A stretch of DNA of 61,475 nt, filler included, from Basidioascus undulatus (taxonomy: Eukaryota): NCBI GenBank assembly GCA_000826855.1. It is 10 parts of 10 records of this genome, joined end to end, with 100 filler letters (N's around TTAATTAATTAA, not from the genome) between each part and the next. Parts side by side here need not be neighbours in the genome. Positions count along the whole stretch, not along the records: positions 33,216 to 37,173 come from JTLS01002275.1; positions 37,274 to 41,231 come from JTLS01002276.1; positions 41,332 to 45,285 come from JTLS01002277.1; positions 45,386 to 49,338 come from JTLS01002278.1; 6 more parts are not named here. One strand, given 5' to 3'. This document shows, piece after piece, positions 36,283 to 49,438 of this stretch (position 1 is its first letter; each line of letters starts with the position of its first letter). Position numbers and translations under genes: made by a program. The notes beneath the pieces are model-generated. The model did not search any database and was not told the DNA's origin. It saw only the letters and a list, made by a program, of their open reading frames with translations.

Positions 36283-37863
36283 ATCCGATTCACCGTCGAC
36301 AGTTGTCTTTTCCCTGAGGACGACTCTTGAATTGTTCACGGTTGGCGACGGCGCGCTTCCTACTTTTGTGTCCGCCATTGGCGGCCGTTTTTACAACTTG
36401 CGGTCCCACTTTGCTGAAAGGCTTGATAATAGTATGATGCATTTGCTTGCGCTTTGTATCGAACAAGGGTACTTTATTGAACTCTGCGTCCTGCTCTGCT
36501 GCGTGTCAAGACTTCTGAGCTTTGAGACCAACGACTCCGCAAGCGTGCTAGCCGTCCCTCGGGAACCGTACGACTTGTGAGGCTTAAGCTTAAACTGCAT
36601 GCCAAGAGCTCACATGGTAGTTTGAATCGTACATTGATTCGCATGTCTAGCTCGTGGAAAGCGGTCAGGTACCAAAGACTGAGACTGCACGCTGCAAGTC
36701 GAGGCGCAGCTTCCTCTTTGCCTCGCGGTGCCTTCTTCTCCGGATCCACAGCATCTATGATCATAAATTTGAAGTCACATCGAACACCACTCTCAATCAG
36801 TACAGGCCCGGCTTGTCTCCTCCAAGTAGCTCCACAGTCAACCACCACGAGCGGCAAGCCTTCCACCTCACGCCAGGCTACAGAGCAACTCCATGACTGA
36901 GACCCCCAAGTAGTGTGATTTATACTTAAGGCTGTCTTCTTACTGGCTCCTTTATATCCGTCTGCACCGTCTCTACAACTCGGGCCCAGTTTGACTTGAC
37001 GACAAGCCGCCGGCCTTCGCAACGAGCTGGGCAACGTTCGGCGAGCGGGATAGCACGCGCGGAGGTCGGCGGCTTTTCGTCCATAGCAAGCTCACTGAGC
37101 CTCTCGGGCTGAAGGTATCTGGAGGATCTTCGCTGTATAGGCTGCGTCTTCTCTCTTGAGCGGGCAGGTCACTNNNNNNNNNNNNNNNNNNNNNNNNNNN
37201 NNNNNNNNNNNNNNNNNTTAATTAATTAANNNNNNNNNNNNNNNNNNNNNNNNNNNNNNNNNNNNNNNNNNNNGCGTCAAGAGCAATCGATACGAGAGTG
37301 AAGAGGGCCAAGCGGATGGGGGAGAAGATGTTGGTTAGGAAGCGGGTGGTCAAGTAGGGAGGCGACGAGGCTAGGGGATGTCGTCGGCGACAATGGGGGG
37401 CTTCGGACTGGGAAGTCTGCGGCCTTTGTGTTAACAAGATTCCTTGATGCTATGCGCACTAGGATTTGAAAGTCCGAAGAGGACACAAGGGATGACGGTC
37501 TGTAGACGTTGGTGGACTCGGGCGTGCCCATACGGAAGTGGAGACGCAGTGGCCAATGTCTACCAATCTTTCCGCTGCTTGCTGGTCTCTTCTCCCTTTG
37601 CCTTGCAATCTGGCATTGTAAAACTTCCTCAACAGCTTTCGGTTCTTTTCTTCACCCTCCAGCACCCTTAATAACGATAAGTATCCCCCCCCGCAATCAC
37701 TCCCACAAGCGTTAAATGACGTCAGCTACGGGGTCCTGGTACGAGCGGTGCCGCACAGGTGGCTTGCTGGCTCGCAGGCCTTTGCACCTTTGCACTCGAC
37801 CATAAAGACGGCTTACACCGTTCTCTTCCCCCCCTTAATCACCCACACAGCAACCTACCAATC

Positions 37864-38620
37864 ATGTCCGACTACACGCAGCAGGAGACCCCCCTTCCCG
37901 CGACGCACTCGACCGAGGCGGAGGCTAGCAGTGTCAAGGAGCTCAGCACGAGCGACAGCGTCAAGCAGGCGGTGCGGATCCTCTCTTTCGCAATCATAGG
38001 AGTTGTGCTTGTGCTGGGGCTAGGGTTGATAAGAATGGGTGTGGGGATAGACGAGCTCGTCGAAGCCTTCTGTGATCTTGTACAACACGCCCAGCGGTAT
38101 CGTTCGTCTTCTCGTCTTCCTCTCTGGACAACCCCTTCAGTTCCTGAGACTGATCCATTCCCCAAACGCACAGGGCCTGGGCGCGCTCATCCTCGGCGTC
38201 AGTCTCCGATCTTTGATATATGCAGTGGGAGGTGGGACTGAGGCTGTATTTGCGGTTCGAACAGGTCTACAAAACCGTCGCGGCCCAGGTGCAGGCGGTC
38301 GACTTCTACTACGTCGACGCGGACGCGCACCGCGAGATCGCGGAGCAGTTCCAGGCGGCCGAGGCGTTCCCGACTATTCAGGTTTACAAGGACGGGAAGC
38401 TGCTGCGTCAGTGGATCTTCGACCCTTACCGCTTAACATCGACGACTGATGAAGAACTACCCGTTGAACAGAGGCCGTCAAGGGCTTGTCGGACATCGGC
38501 AACCTGCAGGTGCGTACCCAGAATATTTTCGGTAGAGTTAGGGGAAACAGGCAGGGATACTGACCCCCGTTACCCCGCAGTCGCTGATTGGAGAGGTCCA
38601 GAAGAACCACGCGTAGAGTA
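37864..38620 (+). CDS. Thioredoxin-fold protein without a visible CXXC
   Basis: VYKTVAAQVQAVDFYYVDADAHREIAEQFQAAEAFPTIQVYKDGK matches the C-terminal half of the thioredoxin fold, including the cis-Pro motif PT. Confidence 0.65.
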
Positions 38621-41367
38621 TTTGTCGAGGACAATAGGCGTGAAAGAACGATTCAGTTATGGATACTTGAACACTTTCTCGCCATGTAGATTGATTCAGA
38701 AGGGAGGACGATACGCTGCATAGACTGAAGATGCTTGACGGGTCTGTTTTCATGGGAGTAAGTGAACATTGTTGACGCTACGCCATGCCTCCTCACTGAA
38801 CGACATCGCCTGCTATCCCCTCGTCTTACCTTCACGCTGGCTTGGTGTCCTGAACTTCACTCTAGAGTTGATGTAAAGCAGCGAAGTTCATTTGCGCCAG
38901 TAGACACGCGGATACACAGAAGAAGGGAAGGTCAGGTGCCAGCCCCGGCACAGCCCTTGCCTCCCATCGAATCCAGTTCTACTAATGAGGCTTGCAGGCG
39001 TCTGAGGCAGAGTATGGGCGATGAGAACTTTCCTCGTGTACGCGAGTCTCTGTGAGGACGTTGATGTTGCCGCGCGCGGGCAGCGTGTGGCGGCTACGCC
39101 CAACGGGGCCGCTAGCGGAACCATGGTGGACGTATCTCGAACTCGAGAAAGTAGTGCTGGTAAACGGGACTCGCCCGTCAAAAGACAGTATAGCCACTAA
39201 AAGAATAACAATAAGACCTACGATTCGGCCGCGTACAGCTTGAGGTTCGTCATGGCACCTTGACGACGAGGCAACAGGCGTCATGAAAGCGCGGCCTCAG
39301 CCTCAAAGATGATACGCACGGCAAGCCGTAATGCATCTCATAGTTGCTATTGGAGGATACGGTCCGGGATCATAAGCTCGATAGCCAACCTCCACCTGTC
39401 AAAGAAAATACTGACCGCTGCGATCGTCTGAGCAAGCCAGAGAACAGTGTGAGCCGCGAGCTTCACAGTCCTAGGACGCCTAGGGCTTATATTCATCTGT
39501 TTCCAAAGGAGCGTAACAATGTGAGGTATAGTTAGAGGCGTGGCACGTACGATAGGATTCAAGTCCTGTATCGCCAGAACGACGCAGATAGCTCACACCA
39601 GTCAACCTCAAAGCGCAGGCAAGTGAACCGCGCGGAAGTCCGAATAACGCTGATTCAAAACCCTTCCATTTTATTTCCCAGACCAAGGTGGACTGCAACG
39701 GTAAGAGTGCATGATTGCGATGAATTGGTCCGAGGCTGCGAGAAACTGCGCTATCGATAAGCGGTTTTACGTGTAAGTCGTTTCCTGTACAACATTCTCT
39801 TTAATACTAAATAGCCCAAAATGTTTTCTTCTCCTTCGGGAACCTAGCTGGTTGCAATCGGTGGTGATGTCCGACTTCCATTTTTTGGGATGTACTGCTT
39901 GAAGCACTGACGACGGTTGCTTACGCAGGTTACCAAAATCACAGGGTCCTCAACAACATGTGAGCGACACACCTCCGCCGACATAGCCCGAGCGGCATCT
40001 GAACGCACTTCCCCGAACTCCAGCCGTGTTCTTTACTGTGAGTGGACGTTGTGCTGAGCTTCTGGATAGTGGCTGATGAACACCCCCCACACAAAGCCGT
40101 CATTTAGGATATCGTCATCGGAATGATTTGCTTGTACACCGTTTCAGCGAGCTTCGAACCGGGCCAAAGTTTGTATGAAGGCTTATCCTCGACAACACTT
40201 CAGGGCTAAGCTTGGATTACGCCGTCAAGATGACGTGATCTTCTCTGGGATCAGACGGCCTGGTGCGCTCATTTCTCAGTAAACCGTGGTCGGATTCGTA
40301 CTGATGAAACGGCACATGCAGGGTTACCTCTGCCGTTGTGGTGGTCTTCAACCGAACCTCTTGTTCTTCTACATGGCAGAAAGCGTGCCTACCGCCCCAT
40401 CTCCTCAGTCGGCCGCTCTTTGCACTCGCATGAATCGACTCGACTCTGACAAGCCAGCCAGGCGACTCAGCTGTACTTCGCTTCGTCTAGCTTTCGTCTC
40501 GAAGTCGATCCGAACGTTCCCCACCTGTCCCTCCGCTCATCACGTCTTCACTCACTTCCCGGGAAGACCGGGGTTGATGGAAGCCAAGCAGCGGCAGCCG
40601 ACAGGTCGATTGCAAGATCGTGCGGGCCGGCAAAACAATCGCTAACGTGGTTCATTGATACGCGCATCGGTCTCTGTACTTGGAAGAGTGGCGCCTGGTG
40701 GCCCGACATCCGCACGGCCGGTGTAGCTTCGTCGAGCCCCGGGTCGCTCGATGTTATGTGCTGGCATTGGGCCTGTCAGGCGGAGGGACGATTTCGAGCG
40801 GACTGTGTCTCGAGGGGCAGGGGGAGGATGGCGCCCGAGGCGTTGTGTTCGTGCAGACGGCGCATCATATCGTTGAGCTTTTTCTGGTTATCAATGGCCG
40901 TAACTTTCTTCTCGGAGGGCTGGTGTTCTCACAATAATATATCGGAGGGTGACGGCATTCCACGGAAATGTAGGCTGCGAAACGCACAACAGGGATGCTG
41001 CCACCTTTGACTGTGGAACGGTTGGAAGATATTGTGTCTTCGGAGGGCAAAGTACGGTACTGCAGCACGGTGGGCATCGGACGCGAGGAGGTCGACAAGT
41101 GATTGGAGAGCCACAGATACTTTGCAAGCAATTATGAACTCTCTTGAGCACTGGGTGTCAGGATCCGGCAGAGCGAAGCAGACCGCAACGGGGGCTACCC
41201 GGGGCTTGTGGGGGCAATGGTTGATTACGAGNNNNNNNNNNNNNNNNNNNNNNNNNNNNNNNNNNNNNNNNNNNNTTAATTAATTAANNNNNNNNNNNNN
41301 NNNNNNNNNNNNNNNNNNNNNNNNNNNNNNNGAGCCAGAGGGTGGGCGAGCCAGAGGGTGGGCGAGC

Positions 41368-43759
41368 CTAGCCGTTGATGGCTTGGAAGACGGACCAGTA
41401 TGCCTGTTCGCCATTTCGCGCGTGAGCATGTGTCCAGACGGACGCAGCGGCACGTGCGCATGTAGGGACAAGGGGCGCGGAGGGGAGGCATGGGCTGAAG
41501 GCTTACCGCGTATTCCTCCGCCGTCATACTGGATGTCTGCTCATCCGTGATTTGCGAAAAGGGAATCATGAGGCCGCCGACTGTGTCCCCCCAGCGCATG
41601 AGCACCAAACGCCCCCGCTACCGCCGCCACGCCCGCGCAAAGACGCACCGGACACGAGAGTATCGGGGTCCCCACCCCCGCCGCCACCGCCGCCGACTTC
41701 CTCAAAGTCATCATCATCATAATCATCATCGTCGTCATCATTCACCCCATTCGCCCCTCCCACCGCCGCTCCCGCCGCCGGCGCCGGCACAGGCGGCGGG
41801 GGCATCACCTCCTCTGTCGGCTCAGCCTTGACCTTGACGCGCTTGAGCTCGGGCGAGCGGCTCGCGCCCGCGCCCGCGTTGTGTGGGCGGCCGCGCTTGC
41901 CGTTCGCGTTGACATGCGGGTCAGCGAGGGGAGCAGAAGGAGCAGCGGAGACTTCCTCGAAGTCGTCTTCTTCGGAGGAAGAGGACGCGTCTCCCCCTCG
42001 GCCGGAGAGCGAGGGCGTGGGCGCGAGGGAGGTGGAGGGCGAGGCGGAGGCGGAGAGGGTGGCGTAGTAGGAGGAGAAGTCGAATGCTGCGGGGGGAGAA
42101 AGGAATGCCGATCAGCGCGGTGAAGGATGTGAAAGAGAGAGGAAAGAAAGGGTGCGCACTTTCTGAAAGAGACGAGACGTCCGGCTTGACATCCTCGCCT
42201 GCGCTCGCGCCTGCGAGCGCAGACGTCGACGGTCGCGCGCCCGCGCCGCCCGCGCCCTCGCGGTACCCCAGCGAGGTAAGGTCGCCCGAGATGGTCGAGC
42301 GGAGGTGCCAATCGGGGAGGGCGTTCTGCTGTCTGTTTCCCCGCACACCACACATGATATCGTTCAGCACGGCGCGCACTGAGAGAGAGCGAGTTCGAAA
42401 GAGGGACAGAGGGACAGAGGGAAGGAGGGAAAGAGGGAAAGAGGGGGACGACGGACCTCCTGGCCTCTGCCTCCTCCGCGAGTTTCCGCGTCCGCGTCTC
42501 CGCGTCGTCGTTGACGAGCTCGACCCGCACCTGCGCCTGCTGCGCCTGCCCGCGCCCTCCCTCGCCCGCGATCGCGAGCCCGTCGCCTGCCTCCGACTGC
42601 GGGGCTGCGGCCATCTTGACGTTCTTGTTTACCCAATCGGCGACATTGAAGCTGCACTCATCCACACCGAGTCAGATCATCTCGCCCATACGGGAGCGGG
42701 CGGACGAAGATGGGAAAGGGATGAGCGACGCACGCAGGCAAGACCATGCTCTCCGTCTTCTTGAGTCCGTCAACGACGACCTGGCTCTGCTTGAGCAAGC
42801 GCGCCATCCGGTCCTTGCTCCCGCGCACGCTGTCGGCGTTCTCGTTATCCACGAGCCCGTACCCGCACACGTCGCAGAGGAACGTGTCGAGCGAGGCCTC
42901 GAGGTGGAGGACGTCGAGGCCCGAGAACGACTTTTTGCACGTCGGGCAAATCCAGCCTTTCTGGTCCAGCTCCTGTTGATCCCGGAATGGGGAGACCGTT
43001 CAGCATGCTCGGGGGTTTTGTGTGATGAAGAGGGTAAGAGAGTGAAAGGGAAAGGAGACGGACGTTGCGCAGCTTCGAGTCGATGTCGGAGCGGATCTTG
43101 TACATCCGCCATTTGACAACATCAACAAAGAGCTGGTAGTCGATGTACCAGTACGTCTTGGGGAGCGGGCGGGGGTTCGGCGGCTGGTACTCGTTCCGTC
43201 GGTACCTGGCACCCGGGACCGGCATCTCATGTCCAGCGACGGCGAGAAACGGGCTTTCGAGATGGGTCTGCTAACGACACACGCACATGGACACGAGCTT
43301 GTCCGCGACCAGCTTGGCGACCACCTTGGTCGTGTCCTTGACGGGCAGCCCGATCCGCCCCGCGAGCTCGCCGTCCTGCATACTGGTTTGGTTTGGAATT
43401 CGCGGGCGGCGGCGGGGCGGGAGGAGCGAGGGCGCGAAGGGACGACAAGATGGATTCATGATGATGCACGAGGGAGTTTCAGCGTGGGTTGTTCGAAAGT
43501 ACCGGAAGATGATCAAGTGAAACGAAAAGAGGAGAGAAGCAAGCAAGAGTCCCCTCCGTCGTGATCGGCTCCTCACTGAACCTCCCCAGCCCTCCCGCCG
43601 CAAGTAAAGCTACCGCAAGCAAGAGAGCGCCAAAAGCAGCACTTACGCTTCCTTCCTGACGAGCTGGTCGAGCACGACGGTGTATCGCGGGTCGTAGAAC
43701 GCGCGGCCGACGTTCTGCACGAGCAGCTTGAGCGTCCGCTGCTCCTCGGGCGTGGACAT
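41368..43759 (-). CDS. TFA1: Transcription initiation factor IIE alpha subunit
   Basis: LVQNVGRAFYDP, KTYWYIDYQLFVDVVKWR, zinc ribbon CPTC...CDVC, QQNALPDWHLRSTISGD, acidic C-terminus ending MTAEEY-AYW. Confidence 0.93.
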
Positions 43760-45461
43760 CGCGGGAGGCTGGGCAGGGCAAGGAGGCGGACTGGCGCAGG
43801 CTGCTGCTGCTCGTGCTGGAAGACGAATGAACGCCTCTGCTGCTGCAAGCTGCTGGCGGGCTGGACGCTAGGAAGGGCCGGGAGGAGGACGTGATGAGGT
43901 GAGACGGAGGGTGGCAGTGAGCGCGGGAGACGAGAAGCTCTTGAAGCCTGGACAAAGACTTGAAGCGTTTCAATACAAATCAGGGAGGCCTAACGTTACG
44001 TAAGCTCGCAGTGCGTCCTTCCACTTACACAAACTCGCACAGGTCTTCTCCAGCTGTCAGATACCTTCTCGGCTGTATGTATTTTGTTTTTTCAGCACTC
44101 CAAAATGCCAAACAGATCGGGAACTCAATCCACCCCTCAGCGCACCAACAGCCACACCACACGGTGCACCGTCTTCTCGTCCTTCTAGCTTCTTCCCTCT
44201 TATCTTCAACTGGCCAAGCGGTCCTCCACGACCTGGCCCCGACTCGGGACTGCATGTCCAACCGGCACGCTCAGCTCCTCATCACCAGAACGTCCAAACT
44301 AACCCCTTGCTCGCCCCCACGGACGTTCGGCCGAGTAACCCAACATGCACCACGTCCCCGCAATTCACCGCCGCATCAAACGCCGGCCATGCGCCTCGTT
44401 CCACACTTGCGGGGAAGGAAGAGGGCCAAGCAAAAACGCGAGGAGACGGTCATAACGGTGCAAAGCATGCGCCAGCCAGCCCAATCTGGCCCGACCCCCT
44501 CCTCCACTAGCCCGGCCCGGCCCCCCCCTTCGCGACTTTCCCGCTGGTCGACCTCGGCGGCCCGATGACGGTCAACCAGATCGTGCTTGCCCGGATGGGG
44601 AGCACGGATCCCGAGTCGTGCGGGTATGTGAGCTGCGGGGGGCTCGCGATTGGGGAGGACGGGAGCGTGGGGGAGTGCTGAGCTTGGATATTGTGCGGCG
44701 CTTGGGTGGGACGGTTGTTGGGACGAAGGCGGCTCATGCATATCTTGGAGCTGCGCGACTGACTCGCTTGCCGTACGGTTCAGTTAGAGGGGGGTACGCA
44801 GTCTCATACCTCTCTTCAACCTCCCTCAAGGGATAGCATTCCAGAATCTCTTGCTCCATATTTGGCTGCTCGGCTCTCCGTCGAGCGGACTCGGGCTTTC
44901 ATGATAGGCGCCATTTCGTCTCTGCTGCGAGCCCCGTGGCATGCGCTCCTGGTTATGGGAAAGGCGGAATTGCCAGATAACACGAAGGAAATTCTTGATA
45001 GAGAGACAAGGAAATACAGCGGGACTGCAACGCTTGAAACGGTCGACTGCATCTGCGTCTACCATCCTGAGCGCCTGCTCGCTTCCTGCCTTCACGCCCT
45101 CCAAGAAACAGTAACAGATTCCAGCATGTAAAGTTGTATATCATTTCTGGTGCGTTTTCACCTTGCCATCAAGGCATCTCAGGCACAACCCGGGGCGATG
45201 CGACTGCCAACCAACCTCCTCGAAGCTGCTCAGTGCGCATCAGCGAGAACGACCTCGCGCCGCGCTCCTTTCCTTGTTCCCCATCNNNNNNNNNNNNNNN
45301 NNNNNNNNNNNNNNNNNNNNNNNNNNNNNTTAATTAATTAANNNNNNNNNNNNNNNNNNNNNNNNNNNNNNNNNNNNNNNNNNNNACCCTGCACACCGCT
45401 CTAACGCACCCACACCTCTCCCTCCCGCGCCCCCTGCCCCTCCCCCCCTCCTCCCGACCAG

Positions 45462-45724
45462 ATCTCGCGCTCCTCTTCGCGCGTTACCTCGAAGCCGGAC
45501 GCACCCTGAACGTCGCGGACTGGTTCGACGCGTTCTGCCTTGCGCTTGAGGACGAGAAGCACGGGGCGTGCACGGAGGAGGAGCGCGAGGAGGAGTTGCA
45601 GGCAAGGTTCACGCGCGGGGTTAATGAGCTGGATTGGATGGGGTACTTGAAGAAGACGGGGCGGAGGAGGGGGTGCGTGGGGAGGACGGTGTTCGCGCCG
45701 CTGGCGGAGGAGGACGGTGTGTGA
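45462..45724 (+). CDS. ORC3: Origin recognition complex subunit 3, last exon (winged helix)
   Basis: DLALLFARYLEAGRTLNVADWFDAF...LQARFTRGVNELDWMGYLKKTGRR...RTVF. Confidence 0.85.
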
Positions 45725-46231
45725 GATGAATGGGGCGATTGCGAAGGTGTTCGTGCGGTTGATGCTTGTGGACGGTGGTCTGGTATCTCTGGTATCAGCT
45801 ATACTGAGGAAGGGGTGCGGAGCATGCGGGAAGGCAGCTCCATGTGAGCGAAAGACTCAGTTTAAGAGACGCGACTGTCGGCCGTCGGCTCGGAAGGTGG
45901 CAGAACGGGAGAACGCAAATTGCAGCTCCTCGTTCCTCTTCGCAGTCGACAGTCGGGTCTCTCGCGACAGACACATGTCCACGGCAAGCAGCGAGTAGGG
46001 CAGGCAGCGAGTCAGGCAAGCAGAGGGTAGAGCAAATACCAAGAGACTACATTTGTACATCACGCACGAGAGCGAAACAGAAATCGAGAAAGACGAAGGC
46101 GATCCGGTAGACGATAAAAATGAGTCCAAGGGGTTCCGCAGCAAATGGGACAATGGATGGATTCAAGCAGAAGTGGAAAACAAATGATAAGAATATGATT
46201 AACGCGTCCTCAGCGAATATATAGTAACTGT

Positions 46232-49200
46232 TCAAGCGTCCTCCGACGTGCTCAACCGGCAGAAGAGCGGGGCCTTGAAGCTAGCGACCGAGCTGGCGGT
46301 GCTGTCGCGGCGCTCAAGGCCCGTCGCGTCCGTCGCGACCGACATCTTGCTCATGACGGAGAGCTGGCGCTTGACGAGGCCGCCGACAGCGAGCTGCTGC
46401 GCCTGGTGCTCCCAGCTGCCGGTGCTGTTCCAGCTCGCCCGGTGGCCGGGGCTCGACGCAAAGTCCTTCAGCGCCTGGCTGCGCGACTCGAGCGCGGCGA
46501 TCTTGGAGCGCACGCCCGCGGGCAGGATGACGGGCGGGGGCTGCGACTGCAGGCCCCGCGAGCGCTGCGAGGAGTTGCGTGACCAGAGCTGGCCGGCCGA
46601 GGAGGGCGCTGACGCCTGCCGGGGCGAGTGGAGAAGCCCCTCCTCCAGGATCGTCGACGACTTGGTTGGCGCGCGAGCGCCGGACGTGAGCGCGGGGAGA
46701 GCTACTGCTGCGCGGCTCTCGGGCCTCCACCCCGATGGAGAGGTGGAAGGGCTCGAGTCGTCGGTGTCGCCGCCGGAGGATGAGACAAGCCCGGGCGTGT
46801 CTGAGGACGCGTCGCGGGCCATAGCGGAGGACACAGGCTGCGCGCGGCGGGGCGACGGGGACGGCTGCACGCGAGCGTAGCGAGACGCCGGAGAAGACGA
46901 CGGCCCGGCCTCGGCGGACGACGGGGTGCGGGTCTTCGAGAACGCGTGCGGAGAGAAGGAGCGGGAGTGGACGCGCAGGCTGCCCTTGATGGGCGTCGGC
47001 GACTCCGTCTGCAGCAGGGGCGTCGACGCCTTGGTCGGCGTCTTGGTCGGGGAGACCGGACGGAGCGGGCTGCGTGCCGGAAGCGCGGGCGGGGAGAACG
47101 CGCGCGAGGGTGTCCCCGAGGGCTGCGGCTCGGCAGGACTCGGCAGGGGCGACTCCGCGCGATGATGCCTCGGGGCGAACGAGTCTTGCATCGACTCGTC
47201 CGGGGGTGCGAAGGGTGGGTCCTCGGGCTCAGGCGACGGCGAGCGGCTCCGCGCGAACGGGTCGGAGAACTCGCTGGTCGGGGTCTTGTAGCGGGACGCG
47301 TGCTTGACGATCTGCCTCAGTGCCTCGGCATCGTCGACGTCGTCGTCCTTGATCGGGCCGAGGTACGCGAGGCTCGAGTCCGGGTCCTGCGCCTCAGTCG
47401 GACCCTGGACCTTCTCGGCATCCTCGTCGTCGAGATCGATTGCAGTGCGGGGCGGCGAGGCCGTCGAGCCAGCGTCGCTGTCGGAATGGATAGCCTGGAA
47501 GATGCTGTTCCGCCGGGCCTCGGCGACCGAGCTCGACGGCTTGCGGTCCGCCGCGAACTCGTCGTCGTCGTAGCGCTCGTCGTCCGACGAGTCGCTGTGC
47601 TCCGTCGCGGACGCGATATCGTCCAAGCCGCTCGGGCCACCCGACCGGCGGTACGCGCCAATCGCGTCGTCGAGCGTCGCGTCAATCAGGTCGAGCGACT
47701 GGCGGCGCGGGGGCTTGCGCGCCGCCGCTTCGGCGGTCTCGGGCTGCACGCGGAAGGAGCTGGACGGGGCGAGGCTTGCTGCGACGGATGGAGACTCGCG
47801 GAGCGCTTCGACGGACTTGACCGCGACCGAGTGCCGGCGCTCTTCGATCGAGCCCGGACGCACAGACGGGGCGGGGCTCGGGTTCGGCGAGGGCGGGAAG
47901 GCAGTCGGAGGAGGATCGATGGAGAGGAAGTTAATGACGCGGACGGGGATGTCCACGACGACGTCGGTCGAGAGCGAGGCCGAGACGGCCACCCGAAGCG
48001 AGTAGGAGACCTCGATGAGGCGCGAGCGCGGGATCGTAAGTGCGTCAGGCTGGGGAAAGACAAGGCCGTCAGTTGCGGGTTGCGGTTGAACGAAGCGGCT
48101 GCCTACGACGTACCGGAATCATCAGCGAGTACGAGAACTCGACCTTCTCGCCGGCGTCGACGCCGCGCCACCAACCCTTGGCGGTCACGTAACCCTTTGC
48201 CCCCTTGCCGCCCATCTCGAGCGTCTCCTCAGCAATCTTCTTGCGCGTCGTGGTCGTCTGGCACGCGTCGGGGTCCTCCTTGTCGATCGCCGCCGTGCGG
48301 AGGTACGCGCGGGGCTTGAAGACCGTGAAGGTGCGCGTGAGGGTGAGGTGGACGGACTTGACCTGTCGAAATTACAAGGAAAAATACGGTAAGCAATGCG
48401 CGGATAGCTAGCGGGGAGTGGGGACGCACCCGCTTGCTCGTCTCGTTGTTAATGTTGACCATCACGTAGCAGCGCTGTCCGGCGACCCAATGCGGGCGGT
48501 GGATGCTGGCAATCAGGTGCACCTGGCCCTTACCGCCAAGGAAGAGCGCCTTGCTCGCGGCCTCCGAGATAGGCGCCGGCGCAGGGGCGAGCACGGCCGA
48601 CGGCGAGAGGAGGGGGTAGATGGTAACGTGGCGGTAGAAGTGGGCGATCGAGCGGTCGGTCGAGTTGGACGCTTTGAGGTGAACCGAGCTGATGCAGGGA
48701 AATGCGTAAGCATGGCAGTTTCTCAAATGGAGATCGCAGCTTGAGAATACGCACCCAATGACGATGTACCGAATCGTTCCCACCTTCGACTTAACCGGCC
48801 CCTTCGCCCCGCAGCCGATCGGCAGGCGGACGTAGAACGGCAGCGACAGTGTGCCCTCCTTGCCACGGTAGTAGCCCTCATCGTCGGGCGGGCCGTACCC
48901 GGGCGGCGGCGCAGACAGCACTGGAGCCGCATGGTGGTAGAAGACATGACGAGTCTCGGTAGCTTGCAGGTCTGCAGAAGCCGAGACGTAAGCATTAGGC
49001 TGAAGAAACCGAGGCGTGCGATGTCAACTCACCCTCAAACCCGACTACGCGAACCTTGCCGAGGCCCCACCACACCTTGTCGCCGTGCATCTTGATCTCC
49101 ATGCGGCCGCCGACCGCGCCGCCCTCCACGACGACGTCGCTCTCGAGGACGAGGTCGACCTCCGCGCGCGCCTTTCCGCGCGCCTGCTCCAGGACAAGCG

Positions 49201-49338
49201 AGTTCGAGTGCGAGCTGGCGAGGCGGCGATCCGTGCCGAGGACTGCGCGGAGCTCGCGCGCGGAGTGGGAGGGCGGAGCGTTGGGTGTGAGGAGCGTGGG
49301 CTGGCGGCCGAGATCGCCCTGCGCCGAGCGCGAGGGGG
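46232..49338 (-). CDS. Arrestin-domain protein with a long disordered tail, 5' end in a gap
   Basis: VVVEGGAVGGRMEI, LPFYVRLP, IRYIV, LFLGGKGQVHLIASIHRPHWVAGQRCYV, RLIEVSYSLRV...IPVRVINFLSIDPPP. Confidence 0.8.
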
Positions 49339-49438
49339 NNNNNNNNNNNNNNNNNNNNNNNNNNNNNNNNNNNNNNNNNNNNTTAATTAATTAANNNNNN
49401 NNNNNNNNNNNNNNNNNNNNNNNNNNNNNNNNNNNNNN

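Noticed and set aside
39537..39576. T-arm-like hairpin TAGGA-TTCAAG-TCCTG ending in CGCCA, a possible second tRNA fragment
   Set aside because: The loop is 6 nt with A in place of G53. I find no matching D or anticodon arm on either side and no terminator.
41332..41368. 16-bp tandem repeat after the TFA1 stop (a similar 13-bp duplication lies near 19750-19773)
   Set aside because: Ordinary slippage duplications in 3' UTRs with no spacer structure.
46946..48319. 457-aa plus-strand ORF
   Set aside because: Antisense shadow of the arrestin-domain gene.
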